Shown here in pieces: positions 13,591 through 25,569 of a stretch of DNA of 64,000 nucleotides. The position numbers and the translations under genes are program-made. Source of the DNA: Squalus acanthias (taxonomy: Eukaryota). The DNA lies in the NCBI GenBank assembly GCA_030390025.1, contig CM059432.1:14882001-14946000 (forward strand), given 5' to 3'. Every line of letters starts with the position of its first letter. Positions within the stretch are counted from its first letter, which is position 1. The notes beneath the pieces were generated by a model that was not told where the DNA came from, did not search any database, and saw only the letters and a program-made list of their open reading frames with translations.

Positions 13591-15084
13591 AACTTTCTGA
13601 GATGAACACAAGAAATGCACATCATTGTGGTTGCAATGATCTTAAACGTAAACAATACGATGGTGTTTTCACAGCTCAATGGCACGTTTTGATGTGATTT
13701 ACAGCTGCATTCTTTGTTTGGCAAACTAAGAAAAGGTTTATCAAAGAGGGTTCCTTTGTAAATGCCTTTACAAGAACAACAGGACTGCAAAGGCGAAGTA
13801 CTTTAAATCTGGAGTCCAGGCCCCAGAAAATCCAAGATTGTCTGCAGCTTGCGGGAAAGTAATCTCAGTTTAATTTACCCGAATCACACCAGCATGGAGA
13901 TCTGCTGTGCCAGGCTTCCTACGCAAAAACAGTTGGATGGCATATCTGGTGGGTCTGTTTCTGGTCAACTGTCATTCAACTGAATGGGAATTGCACCCTT
14001 CCTGATCCTGTGTAACTAAAATTCACCAATTGAACAGCAACTGAGACTTGAGACCGGACCGCTGCAGAACATTTGAATTGCGGTTTTGATATTTAAAAGT
14101 ACTTGCTTCAGATTATAGTTTCCCTTCAATGACTGTAACTCGATTCATGTTGATCCAACTCCTTCAAAATGTTGGGCTCAGTAACTCTTTCCTTCCAGTG
14201 TCTATGAATGATACCATCTGGGCTGAAGGGCTTTAACATGTGTTTTGTCAAAATTTTTTAACCCTTGAGGTGCTTTTTGCCCCAGCTGGTCCAGGATCAC
14301 AGGGCTGATTTGCCTCTGCCAGAAACACATACAATTACAGAGGGAAATGGGGCAGTAAAGCTCCGATTCTGCTCCTGAACAGCACTGTATGTGAACTTCC
14401 TCTGTGGCCTTTCTGCTGTCTGCACCAACTGGAGCTGAAGGGGGCATAGCAATGTAAATTTCATGCAAATAAATCTCTGATATCTCGACTTGCTATCTCT
14501 CCTCTGACGGCACTGGACGCAGTTCGGGGGGGGCGGGGGGCAAACTGCTCCCAGAAAATCCTGGCGCTACTGATTCTAGAACTGCTGCTTCAGTGCCATA
14601 TAATTCTGGCCTCTTGCGCCACCCCCGATTTCCATCACCCCACAATCGGCAGCCATGCCTTCAGCTGCCTCGGCCCCCGAGTTCTGGAATTCTCGCCCTC
14701 AACCTCTCTGCCTCTCCCTCTCTCTCTCCTCCTTTCAGATGCTCCGCGTCCTGGCCAGCATTTATCCCTCAAAATAACGCCACTGAAACAAATTATCTGG
14801 CCATTATCACATTGCGGTCTGTGGGAGCTTGCTGTGTGCAAATTGGCTGCCGCGTTTTCCTACATTACAACAGTGACTCCACTTCAAAAAAGTACTTCAT
14901 TGGCTGTAAAAGCACTTTGGGACGTCCGGTGGTCGTGAAAGGCGCTATATAAATGCAAGTCTTTCTTTCTTAAAACCCTCCTCTTTAACCAAGCTTCCTG
15001 TCCTAATATCTCTTTATGTGGCTCGGTGTCAAATTTTGTTTGATAACCTTCCTGTGAAGTTCCTCGGGATGTTTTACTACATTA

Positions 15085-16025
15085 ACTACACTTCTCTCGA
15101 CCCCTCCACGGTCTCTAAATTATCAGACTGCTTGTACGACATCCATTTCTGGATGAGCAGAAATTTGCTCCAATTAAATGCTGGGAAGACCGAAGCCATT
15201 GTTTTCGGTCCCCGCCACAAACTCCGATCCCTAGCCACTGACTTCATCCCTCTCCCTAGCATCTGTCTGAGGCTGAACCACACTGTTCTCAACCTTGGTG
15301 TCATATTTGACCCTGAAATGAGCTTCCGACCACATATCCGCAGCATAACAAAGACCGCCTACTTCCACCTTCATGACTTCACCCGTCTCGCTCTTGCCTC
15401 AGCTCATCCGCTCGGAAACCCTCATCCATGCCTTTGTTACCTCTAGACTTGACTATTCCAACGTACTCCTGGCTGGCCTTCCACATTCCACCCTACGTAA
15501 ACTTGGTCATCCAAAACTCGGCTGCCCGTGTCCTAACTCGCACCAAGTCCCGTTCACCCATCACCCCTGTGCTCGCTGACCTACATTGGCTCCCAGTTAA
15601 GCAACGCCTCGATTTCAAAATTCTCATCCTTGTTTTCAAATCCCTCCATGACCTCGCTCCTCCCTATCTCTGTAATCTCCTTCAGCCCCACAACTCCCCC
15701 CCCGCCACCCCCCACCCCGAGATATCTGCGCTCCTCTAATTCTGCCCTCTTGAGCATCCCTGATTATAATCGCTCAACCATTGGTGGCCATGCCTTCTGT
15801 TGCATAGGCCCTCAGCTCTGGAATTCCCTGCCTAAACCTCTCCGCCTCTCTTTCCTCCTTTAAGACACTCCTTAAAACCTACCACTTTGCCCAAGCTTTT
15901 GATCACCTGCCCTAATTTCTCCTTATGTGGATCGGTGTCAACATGTTTTGTCTTTTAGTACTCCTGTGAAGTGCCTTGGGACGTTTTACTATGTTAGAGG
16001 CACTCTATAAATACAAGTTGTTGTT
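15085..16025 (+). mobile_element. L2 LINE 3' fragment
   Basis: WMSRNLLQLNAGKTEAIVFG, NLGVIFDPEMSF, LIHAFVTSRLDYSN, LHWLPVKQRLDFKIL, RAF...LWNSLP motifs across frameshifts; tail aaatacaagttgttgtt. Confidence 0.9.
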
Positions 16026-17454
16026 AAAGGCTCTGTTTAAATGCAAGTTGTTTTTGTGTTGTTGTCTTAGGGAAGAAGCTGGTGCTGTCAAGAAAGGTGT
16101 TTATTTTTTTGCCTTTTTTGAATAAAAATTGGTTCTTGCCATTTCAGGCATTGTTGCAGAATTCTGTTGGTCTGTTGCATTTAATGATGGAGGCTATGCT
16201 CAGTATTGCGCTCTCCCCCTCCTCCCTTTTGCACTTTGGCTCAATTGAAGCCAGATGAGGGGAAATAATCACAAACCACTGACACGGGCTGAAGTCGTTC
16301 ACCTCAGCCTCTCCTAAGCCACGAGCAATCGTTTCCCTACCACTGAGTAGGAATGCCCTCCCTCTCTGGTTGAATCACCACGCTCCTCCTGTCCCCCATA
16401 CAATCACATTCTTCATACCCACACTTCTTTTCCTCCTACTGCTTGGCACCACGATGCCACCCTCCGACCAGCTCCTTCCGAGGCAGACTCCAGGGGGCAG
16501 CTGCAATGCTGCTTGGGGAGCACTGCTGTCCCGGCAATGGCACAGCCAAAGCAAACTCATTCACCAGGGCCCGAAGCGTGAAATAAATGCGAAGACCACC
16601 AACGTGCAATTCACAGCTTGTGTCACACGTACATTCATTTACAAACTCGTCATTCTTCATCAGGAGGTTTTCAGATAAAAATCCTGCCCCATTACCTGCA
16701 AAGCACCCAAAATCCTCTGGCTTTCTCACAGGGCGCTAACTCCTTTCACGGTACTGGGGACTTTATGGAGCTCCGCCTGGACCCACCGGGATCGCCCTTC
16801 CCTGCCCCTTACCCCACCCCACCGTTGGCTGGCTCAGTTTGGGATTCTCCGCACCCCCCCCCACCCACAACCGTTGAGCTGTAGTGTGGTGCCACCAGCC
16901 CGCCGGCTGCATGTAAATGAGGCCCAAGCCTCAAAGTGGCTCTGGCCTCAAGGTGGCAGTAACACAGGCAGTGTGTGCCCACTCCACCCACGGCTCACCG
17001 AGTGTGGGCCTCAGGTTAAAATCGCCCCTCGTGTGACCTGTCACCTTTCCAGTCAAAGGTCCCATGTCAACAGCGTCGGTGAATTTTTCCCACGTTAATT
17101 GTGCCCACATCTGGTTCAGGTCTGCCCTGTCACGCTCGTAATAGGATTTTCCCATGAATGTGACAGCCTGTGACTCCATAGTTGCTAGCTCTGGCCACGA
17201 GGTGGTGCAGCGGAACACATTTGTCAACCTTTATCTGACAATCATTCCACCTGTCATTATTTCCCTCAAGTAACTGTAATTTTTCATGTCATAAATAAGG
17301 GTTTAAAAAAAAAAAGTGTTAAACATGAAAAATTACATGGATCACAATAACATGATTAAATATCGCAATTAAATATTACAACTGTTAACTTCTGTGGTGT
17401 CAGCTGTCAGCTCAGTGGGTAACACTCCGCCTCTGAGTCAGAAGTTTGTGGATT

Positions 17455-18458
17455 CATAGAATCAGAGAACGATACAGCACAGGAGGAGGCCATTCGGCCC
17501 ATCGTGCCTGTGCCAGCTCTTTGAAAGAGCTGTCCAATTAGTCCCACTCCCCCCCTGCTCTTTTTCCAATAGACCTGCAAATATTCAAGAGGTAGAGTTT
17601 CCGCTCAAATTCATTTGCACATCGATGGTGGCAAAATCTGCTATGAACCAACGCAGAGTTTTAAAATGTAATCGTTTTTTAAAAAATTTCCCTTCAAAAA
17701 ATATTCCTTGAGAGAGTGGTTGTAAGTACATCAATATGTTTTCAATGGTCACTTGGTAGCAATTTGATTAATACAGTGAAAATGGATTTATCATAAAAAA
17801 TAAGCATTTTTAATCACAGTGTCAAACTACCATCTGTGAATAACCCGATTTTAAATGGCTGAAAATGACTTTTAAAAAAATATACAAAACTATTTCCTAG
17901 TTATATTGGGGTACTGTAGTCAGTTTCTTTGTAAATTTACAAAAAATTACATTCAAAAGCTTTTAAAACGTTCCTATTCGTGTCCTCGCACCCGAAAGTT
18001 GCAGTTTAATTTTTGGAGCCCCCTCGAAGGCCCGCAAACGGGCGCAATTAGCGGAAACTCCCAAAGGTGATTAATTCACCATGGGAGGCGTGGCCAGCTT
18101 TGTGGGCAGGGCTGGCTTCTAGCGCGATGGTCTTAACACTGGCGCAAAAGATCGCGGAAAGTCAATTTGCGCCTGAACGCAATTTGTGCTTAAAATTCCG
18201 CGATCTTTTATGCCGGTTACGCCGATTTCGGGCAAATTGCCCCGAGAAAAACAACGCAATCGAGCGGAAACTCCAAGCCTAAGGATGCATCCAATTCTCT
18301 TGAATCTGCTTCCACCACCCTTTCAGGCAGTGTATTCCAGATCATAACAACTTGCTGCAGAAACATTCTTTTTTCCTCATATCGCCTCTGGTTCTTTTGC
18401 CAATTACCTTAAATCTGTGTCCTTCTGCCACTGGAAAGAGTTTCTCCTTATTTACTCT
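17455..18458 (-). mobile_element. CR1 3' fragment split by a TIR element (17591-18279)
   Basis: The CR1 3' UTR stops at about 17588 and resumes at about 18285. The insert has TIRs ggtagagtttccgctc / gagcggaaactccaagcc. Confidence 0.78.
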
Positions 18459-19762
18459 ATTGTTGCGGTGTTGCGCTCCTAGAACAAGGGTTAGGCCCCT
18501 CATTAACATTTGCAAGGAGTCTAACACCTGTTGTAGGCAGCCACCCTGGACACCTGCAAAGCCACCTTTGCCAAGCTGGTTGCTTCGGTAACGCAGGTGC
18601 AGGTCGGCCATGGGATGTTGCGCCCCTGAAATTGGTTCTTTTTTCCCCACTTGCCACCTGAAAAGTGGGAGCAATGAGGATCAATTTCTACCCCAGAACG
18701 TCAGACAAAGATGTTAAGCTTTCAAATGCCAATATCACCAATAACGTCGAGGCTACAATTAGTCATTTGGCCACTAAATAGTGTCTAATAATTAAGGAGA
18801 CTTGCCCTATTAACATTAATCCTTGGTACCTGTTCGGAATTAATAGGGTTACCGATTGCAGCACTTCGAACCTGACCAATAAAAATATATTAATGTAGCC
18901 TATTCCATGTTGAATATATGTTGGGGAAGACAGAATAAAGGAACAGAGAAACTATTTAAAATGAAGATTGCATGCTGTTAAGCTGAGATGCAGAGAGCAG
19001 ATCACAAAACGTTTAATTTGAAGGCATTGAGATAAAATTCTATCGGCATTTTGAAGACGTTAACTAAACCTTCTAACCACTGTTTCAAACAATATGGCTT
19101 GAATCAAAGTCCTATTGTGCGGTGTGATTCAAACAGCAGTGATATCTGGAGCAGAATAGCACTAAGTGCTATTGTTCAGAGCAGTGAGATAGAAAAGGAA
19201 GCAGGGTCAAATAGCACTCCAGTCAGTCCCCAGTTGGAGTTGCATTGAGCAGGGAGGTACTAAGCAGAGGCATTGATGTCTCACAAGAGCGGGAAGTGAA
19301 AATTAGAGGGCAGCTACTGGCAGCCAGCTATAAGGGGGATTGGCAAGGAGGATTCCAAATAGAATCAAACATTGCTTTCATCACAGTGAACTAAGATACA
19401 AGTGACGCAAAAGTGATTAGTAAACAAATGGGAGGAGAAAGTGCATCAATGAATGGAACATAGGAACAGGAGGAGGCCATTCAGGCCCTCGAGCCTGTTC
19501 CACCATTCAATTAGATCACGGCTGATCTGTATCTTAAATCCATCTGCCCGCCTTGGTTCTGTAACCCTTAATACCCTTGCTGAACAAAAATCTATCCTTC
19601 GAAGGGTCATCGACCTGAAACGTTAACTGTTTCTCGCTCCACAGATGCTGCCTGACCTGCTGAGTATTTCCAGCATTTTCTGTTTTTATTTCTGATTTCC
19701 AGCATCCAGCAGTATTTTGCTTTTGTATTAGTGTTTAATTCACTGCCACTTCTCTTCTAAGA

Positions 19763-22470
19763 ATGCCCACCTTGAAGAAGTTCTGCTCTTCTCTCCGACG
19801 GGATTTCCGTTTGTCTCTTTTACCTTGTTCATCTTCATTGCTTTCTGTCTCCCTTCTCATGTTTGATCAGGTATCTACCAAAACTCGCTTTGACAGCCAC
19901 ATATCTTTCCTCAGCAACTGCCTCCGGCTCCGACTTACTCCACGTGGATTCCAACTGAAATTCCAATCCTCATGTTTTGGATCCACCCAGGACTACAGAT
20001 ATCTCCAAGATATTCAGCGTTCCTCGAACCACTGCTCTCGCCATATCCTGAGATCCACGCTGAATGCCATGCGCCGCAACATGAACACTCTCGACCTCTC
20101 TCTTCAGCAGCACCGATTCACTCTATCTCAAAGCTGTCCTGGTCTGCAGTTCCATTTCATCCTTTGCCTCATCCGGCGCTTTAACAAAAAACTTTTTTTC
20201 TTCCTTTCAGGTGTCAAGGATCGCAAGCTTCAACAACTCTTGGACACCAACACCCCTCCGGAACCTTCTTCCCCTTCACTTTCCTCTGACCCCATCCCTT
20301 CTTCCAATCTCATCCCCTGCCGTGTTTTCACTATCCCCTCTGACCTTCCCCTCTGACCCCGAACGATCAGTCCTTAGCAAAGGCCTGAGCTTCATCCCCT
20401 TACGCCCCCATCTCAATTAATTTCGAGCTCGGCACGATGCTGAGCTCTTTTTCCGCCGCCTTCATCTCCGTGCCCACTTCTTTGGCCAGGAGTCTTTCCC
20501 CCGCACAGCTGACCCTTTCTCCCGTTTTCAGAATTCTTGTTCTACCTGGACCCCTCCCTCTGGCCTCTTAACCTCTCTAGATCTTTTCATTGCAAACTGC
20601 CAGCGTGACATCGGCCGTTTCAATTTCTCTGCTCCCCTTACCCACTCCAACCTACCTCCCTCTGAACTTGCAGCACTCCATTCTCTCAGATCCAACCCCA
20701 ACATTGTCATTAAACCTGTTGACAAGGGTGGTGCTGTTGTTGTTTGGCAATTCGACCTCTACCTAGTGGAGGCTGAACGCCAACTCTCCGACACCTCCTC
20801 CTAACTCCGCCTGGACCATGACCCCACTACTGAACATCAAGCCATCGTTTCCAAGACCGTCACTGACCTCATCTCCTCTGGAGATCTTCCCTCCATGGCC
20901 GCCAACCTCATAATTCCCCAACCCCGCACAGCCCGCTTCTACCTCCTTCACAAGATCCACAAACAGGACTGCCCCGGTAGACCCATCATTTCAGCCTGTT
21001 CTTGCCCCATGGAACATATCTCTTTCTATCTCGACTCTATTTTTTCTCCCCTTGTCCAGTCTCTTCCCACCTACATCCGCGAATCTTCCGACGCCCTCCG
21101 CCACTTTAACAGTTTCCAGTTTCCTGGCCCCAACCGTCTCCTTTTCACTACGAACGTCCAATCCCTCTACACCTCCATCCTCCACCAGGATGGCCTGAGG
21201 GCGCTCCGCTTCTTCCTTGAACAGAGGCCCAACCAGTCCCCATCCACCACCACCCTCCTCCGCCTGGCTGAACTTGTTCTCACATTGAACAACTTCTCCT
21301 GTGACTCCACTCACTTCCTCCAAATTAAAGGTGTTGCTATGGGAACCCGCATGGGTCCTAGCTATGCCTGCCTTTTCGTGGGACATGTGGAACATTCTTT
21401 GTTCCAGTCCTACTCAGGTCCCCTCCCTCACCTCTTTTTCTGGTACATTGATGACTGTATCGGTGCTGTTTCCTGCACTTGCCCTGAACTAGAAAATTTC
21501 ATTCACTTTGCTTCCAATTTCCACCCTTCTCTCACCTTCACATGGTCCATCTCCGATTCTTCCCTTCCCTTTCTCGACTTATCTGTCTCCATCTCTGGGG
21601 ATAGGCTATTGACAAACATTCACTACAAGCCCACTGACTCCCACAGCTACCTGGACTACACTTCCTCCCACCCCGCTTCCTGTAAGGACTCTATTCCAAA
21701 CTCCTAGTTTCTCTGTCTCCGCCGCATCTGCTCTGACGAAGCCACCTTCCATACCAGTGCTTCCGACATGTCTTCCTTTTTCCTCAACTGAGGATTCCCC
21801 TCTACTGTGGTTGACACAGCCCTTGACCGTATCCGTTCTATTTCCCACACTTCTGCTCTCACCCATTCCCCTCCCTCCCGGAACCACGATAGGGTTCCCC
21901 TTGTCCTCACCTTTCACCCCACCAGCCTCCACATTCAATGGATCATCCTCCGCCATTTCCGCCACCTCCAGCGTGATCCCACCACCAAACACATCTTCCC
22001 CTCACCTCCCCTTTCAGCATTCCGAAGGGACCGCTCCCTCCGCGACACCCTGGTCCACTCCTCTACTACCCCCAGCACCCCTTCCCCTTCGCCCGGCAAG
22101 CACAGGAGATGCAACACATGCCCTTTTACCTCCTCCCTTTCCACTGTCCAGGGCCCCAAACACTCCTTCCAGGTGAAACAGCGATTTACTTGTACTTCTT
22201 GCAATTTAGTATACTGTATTTGCTGCTCACAATGCGGTCTCCTCTACATTGGGGAGACCAAACGCAGATTGGGTGACCGCTTTGCGGAACACCTCCGGTT
22301 GCCTGTCACTTTAATTCTCCGCTCCACTCCCACTCTGACCTCTCCGTCCTCGGCCTCTTACACTGTTCCAATGAAGCTCAACGTAAGATCGAGGAACAGC
22401 ACCTCATCTTTCGATTAGGGACTTTACAGCGTTCTGGACTCAACATAGAGTTCAACAATTTCAGACAATA
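19763..22470 (+). pseudogene. Disrupted Penelope ORF (N-terminal region, RT, GIY-YIG)
   Basis: ORF-track pieces 19763-20356, 20895-21707 and 21807-22418 are separated by stops and frameshifts. An internal deletion near 22296 is visible against the copy at 59068-59120. Confidence 0.88.
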
Positions 22471-22753
22471 ACCTCTGCCCCATTCTTTTTTTTCTCCATT
22501 TTATTTATTTATTTTTTCTCTCTCCCACATGGCAGCTGTCTTCTATTCTGCCATTTACACTTCATCTAGAGCCATCTTTTGTTTCTTAACTTGTCCCATT
22601 ACCATCTCCTTTTGCCTTGCACCATCTCTTAATGTCTCTTAATCTCTCCTGCTTTCCATCCTATCACAGACCTTCCCTTTTGTTCTTTCCTCCCCTCCCC
22701 CTTTCCCTGCCCCTGCACTTGCTTAAAAACCTGTTCGATCTCCAGCTTTTTCC

Positions 22754-22790
22754 AGTTCTGACGAAGGGTCATCGACCTGAAACGTTAACT
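22754..22790 (+). ncRNA. Minimal type I hammerhead ribozyme motif in the Penelope terminal repeat
   Basis: AGTT-CTGACGA-A-GGGTC-ATC-GACCT-GAAA-CG-TT-AACT: both core boxes, stem II, stem I (AGTT/AACT) and a palindromic AACGTT in place of stem III. Confidence 0.7.
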
Positions 22791-24395
22791 CTGTTTCTCT
22801 CTCCACGGATGCTGCCTGACCCGCTGAGTATTTCCAGCATTTTCTGTTTTTATTTCAGATTTCCAGCATCCACAGTATTTTGCTTTTGCCTTTGTGTGAA
22901 GAAGTGCTTCCTGACATCACCCCTGAACGGCCTAGCTCTAATTTTAAAGTTACGACCCCCTTGTTCTGGACACCAGGCCCCCCCCCCCCCCCCCCCCCCA
23001 CCAGAGGAAATAGCTTGCTTCTCTCTATCTACCCAATCAACTATTATCTTAAGAACCTCAATTAGTTCACCCCTTAAGCTTCTATATTTGATGGTACACA
23101 TTTAAAACATCACGGGGGTCATTTTCACCTTCACGGCCTGGGTGGTAACCTGGAGGTGTGGATCGCCCGTCCATTGAGGGACCCGCCCGATTTATAAAGG
23201 GCTGGCAATCCGTTCGGCCAGATTACCTCCCAGCCGCTGTAGACAATCTACCCCCAGAAGTTTGAAGACACCAGAGTGTTAACAGTGCAGATGTTCGTGC
23301 AATATTGTGCTGGTATGCTTGAGAAAACAATTTATAATTTACGTCACAAAATGACTCTAATCTTACTTGGCTATCAATTCAACATTCAAACCAATTTCAG
23401 CAGTTTCTATTTGCAGCCCATGTCCTGACTGGTAATGCTGCAAGAGGGTACATTGCTGACTGGCACAGTATTTTGGGTGAAGGTGACAAGTATTGGATAT
23501 AGCAGTGCCCTTCTCGGATAGACCTTAAAGATTTGTTGCATTCGTTAGTAACCCACCAAAGAACATGTACAATGCAAAAAATATACCTAAAAGTTAACTG
23601 AAGAAACAAAACATCTTTATTAGCTCCTTCCAGTCTCTCGAACTACAAATGACATTCACATACATCGGACTGGTAGTATAAAGGGACAGTGTAGCCTCAG
23701 CGTTGAGTTTTTAGCTGCACTGAAAGCTTAGCTGCTGTGTGGTATATTAATTGCTGGCATAAATCGCACTCTGGGAGGCAGGGTATCTGCCAACTTTAAA
23801 AAAAAGATGTTCCCTTTAATTTTCTATCCAAAGAAAGCGACAGAAAATAAAACAAAAAAAAAACGGATTGCTCTTTATTCTCACTGAAGACAAATGAATT
23901 CCTACTGAAGACATGTCACTCAGCAACAAAGTGGTTCCCAGCCTGCCAGTTTATGCTCCCATTCTACTGTTATTACTTCACATCACTACCAAAGCTTACA
24001 GGCGCACCAACGTCCAGATTGGCCATTCACAGTTTGCTCACTGCTGCTTTTTATTTGCATATACTGATGGGCTTGAAGTTTGATTCTGCTCCGACTAGTA
24101 AAGCAAGATTTTTAGTGCTCAAACTGTGACTGTTTAATTCTCTGCTTCGGCACTATACACTGTCCTTTGCCAATCTTAGTAACATTTCTCTAAACCTCTA
24201 TATTGCACAAAGAATAGTCTAAATCAGAAAGACCTACTTAATAATTCATGTTTATGGCAGTGACAGCTTCAGTGAATATTTATTAAGCCATTTGCAATTA
24301 CTGTCCTTTCTTTCCCTTGCTCAATACTTCATTTTTTCCCCTGTATTGTGGGTAAGCGGTTACACTGCGTATGACTGTCACCGCATGGTGACAGC

Positions 24396-24590
24396 CAGTG
24401 TTCCTGCTAAGCTGCGCGGCCGCGCGGCCATGCAGAGGTCTGGCGGTCCCGCGCAAACCGGTCGCCAACTTTTGAATTGAAAAACCACGCATGCGCGGAA
24501 ATTTGAATGGGGCCATGCAGCCCGTTAAAGGGGCCACGCAGCCCGTTAAAGGGGCCGCGCACCCCCCAAAAACATTTATGGGGAACACTG
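24396..24590. mobile_element. hAT-type MITE
   Basis: TIRs cagtgttcc / ggaacactg; 8-bp TSD gtgacagc / gtgacaac; internal 21-bp tandem unit. Confidence 0.8.
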
Positions 24591-25158
24591 GTGACAACCT
24601 CGTCATGTTCATGAACCTACATTAGCACTTTTCAATATTGTTTATATGGTGAGACCCTTTCTCTGTCACATGGGGAAAGGCTTCAGGTTCATTGTCCTAA
24701 CCCTGAGTTTTGTCTTTCCTGCAGCATATTTCCTTTAAAAAAAAAACCCGGAGTTTCTCTTTTGTTTTTCCATTTTTTTTTTATTTGACTCACGCTGAGG
24801 TACAGTTGCATGGGAGCCAAAAACTCCGCAGTCTCTTGTCCAAGTGTGAGACTTGACAGTAGGCTATTAGATTGTGAGGTCATCGCAGCTGAGCCCCATC
24901 CTATTCTCACCCACTGTCCACATGAATCACTGGATGGTGATCAGGATTGGGGAGGAACACTGTGTAGGTCCAGGGATACTGAAGCCGGCACAGCGGAGAG
25001 CAATGAAATCAGCTCAAAACAGGGATTGAACCATGAAAGTTCCTGATCGACATGGCTCAGCTTGACAATGGAACGTTTGCACTCGAAACCATAGGGGCAA
25101 CTGTGTCTCTCCTCTAAAACCATGTGAATTCAATAACATCTTTAATTAATGCAACTTG

Positions 25159-25569
25159 GGGGTACGGTAGCACAGTGGTTATGTTACTGGACTAGTAATC
25201 CAGAGGCCTGAACTAATGATCCAGAGACGTGAGTTCAAATCCCACCACAGCAGCTGGGGAATTTAAATTGAGTTAATTAAATAATTCTGGAATAAAAAAC
25301 TATTATTTTTTTTCCATGAAATTGTCCATGGGGATTGTCGTAAAAACCCATCTGGTTCACTAATGTCCTTTAGGGAAGGAAATCTGCCGTCCTTACCCGG
25401 TCTGGCCTATTTGTGACTCCAGACCCACAGCAATGTGGTTGACTCTTAACTGCCCCTCTGCGGTTCAAGGCGGCGGCTCACCACCACCTCCTCAAGGGCA
25501 ATTAGGGATGGGCAATAAATGCCGGCATTGCCAGCGACGCCCACATCCCATGAACGAATAAAAAAAAAA
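25159..25569 (+). mobile_element. tRNA-derived SINE (MER131-like by recollection); second, internally deleted copy at 58177-58465
   Basis: A/B boxes (tagcacagtgg, gagttcaaatccc), core gtaaaaacccatctggttcactaatgtcctttaggg, tail gggcaattagggatgggcaataaatgc...cccacatcccatga plus A run. Confidence 0.75.

Larger units (their letters stand above)
19598..22890 (+). mobile_element. Near-full-length Penelope-like retroelement (Neptune-type) with direct pseudo-LTRs
   Basis: Truncated terminal repeat at about 19598-19730 recurs at about 22762-22890. The interior encodes RT (GRPIIS, SLYTSI, QIKGVAMGTRMGPSYA, YIDD), a CxxC linker (CNTC) and a GIY-YIG endonuclease (NLVYCICCSQCGLLYIGETKRRLGDRFAEHL). Confidence 0.93.

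Noticed and set aside
20895..22418. RT plus nuclease as a novel retron-like or defence system
   Set aside because: Fully explained as a Penelope-like retrotransposon ORF broken by stops and frameshifts.
22977..22999. Poly-C run giving poly-Pro/Gly ORFs; (GA)n tracts at 5395 and 44250
   Set aside because: Simple-sequence expansions with no coding evidence.
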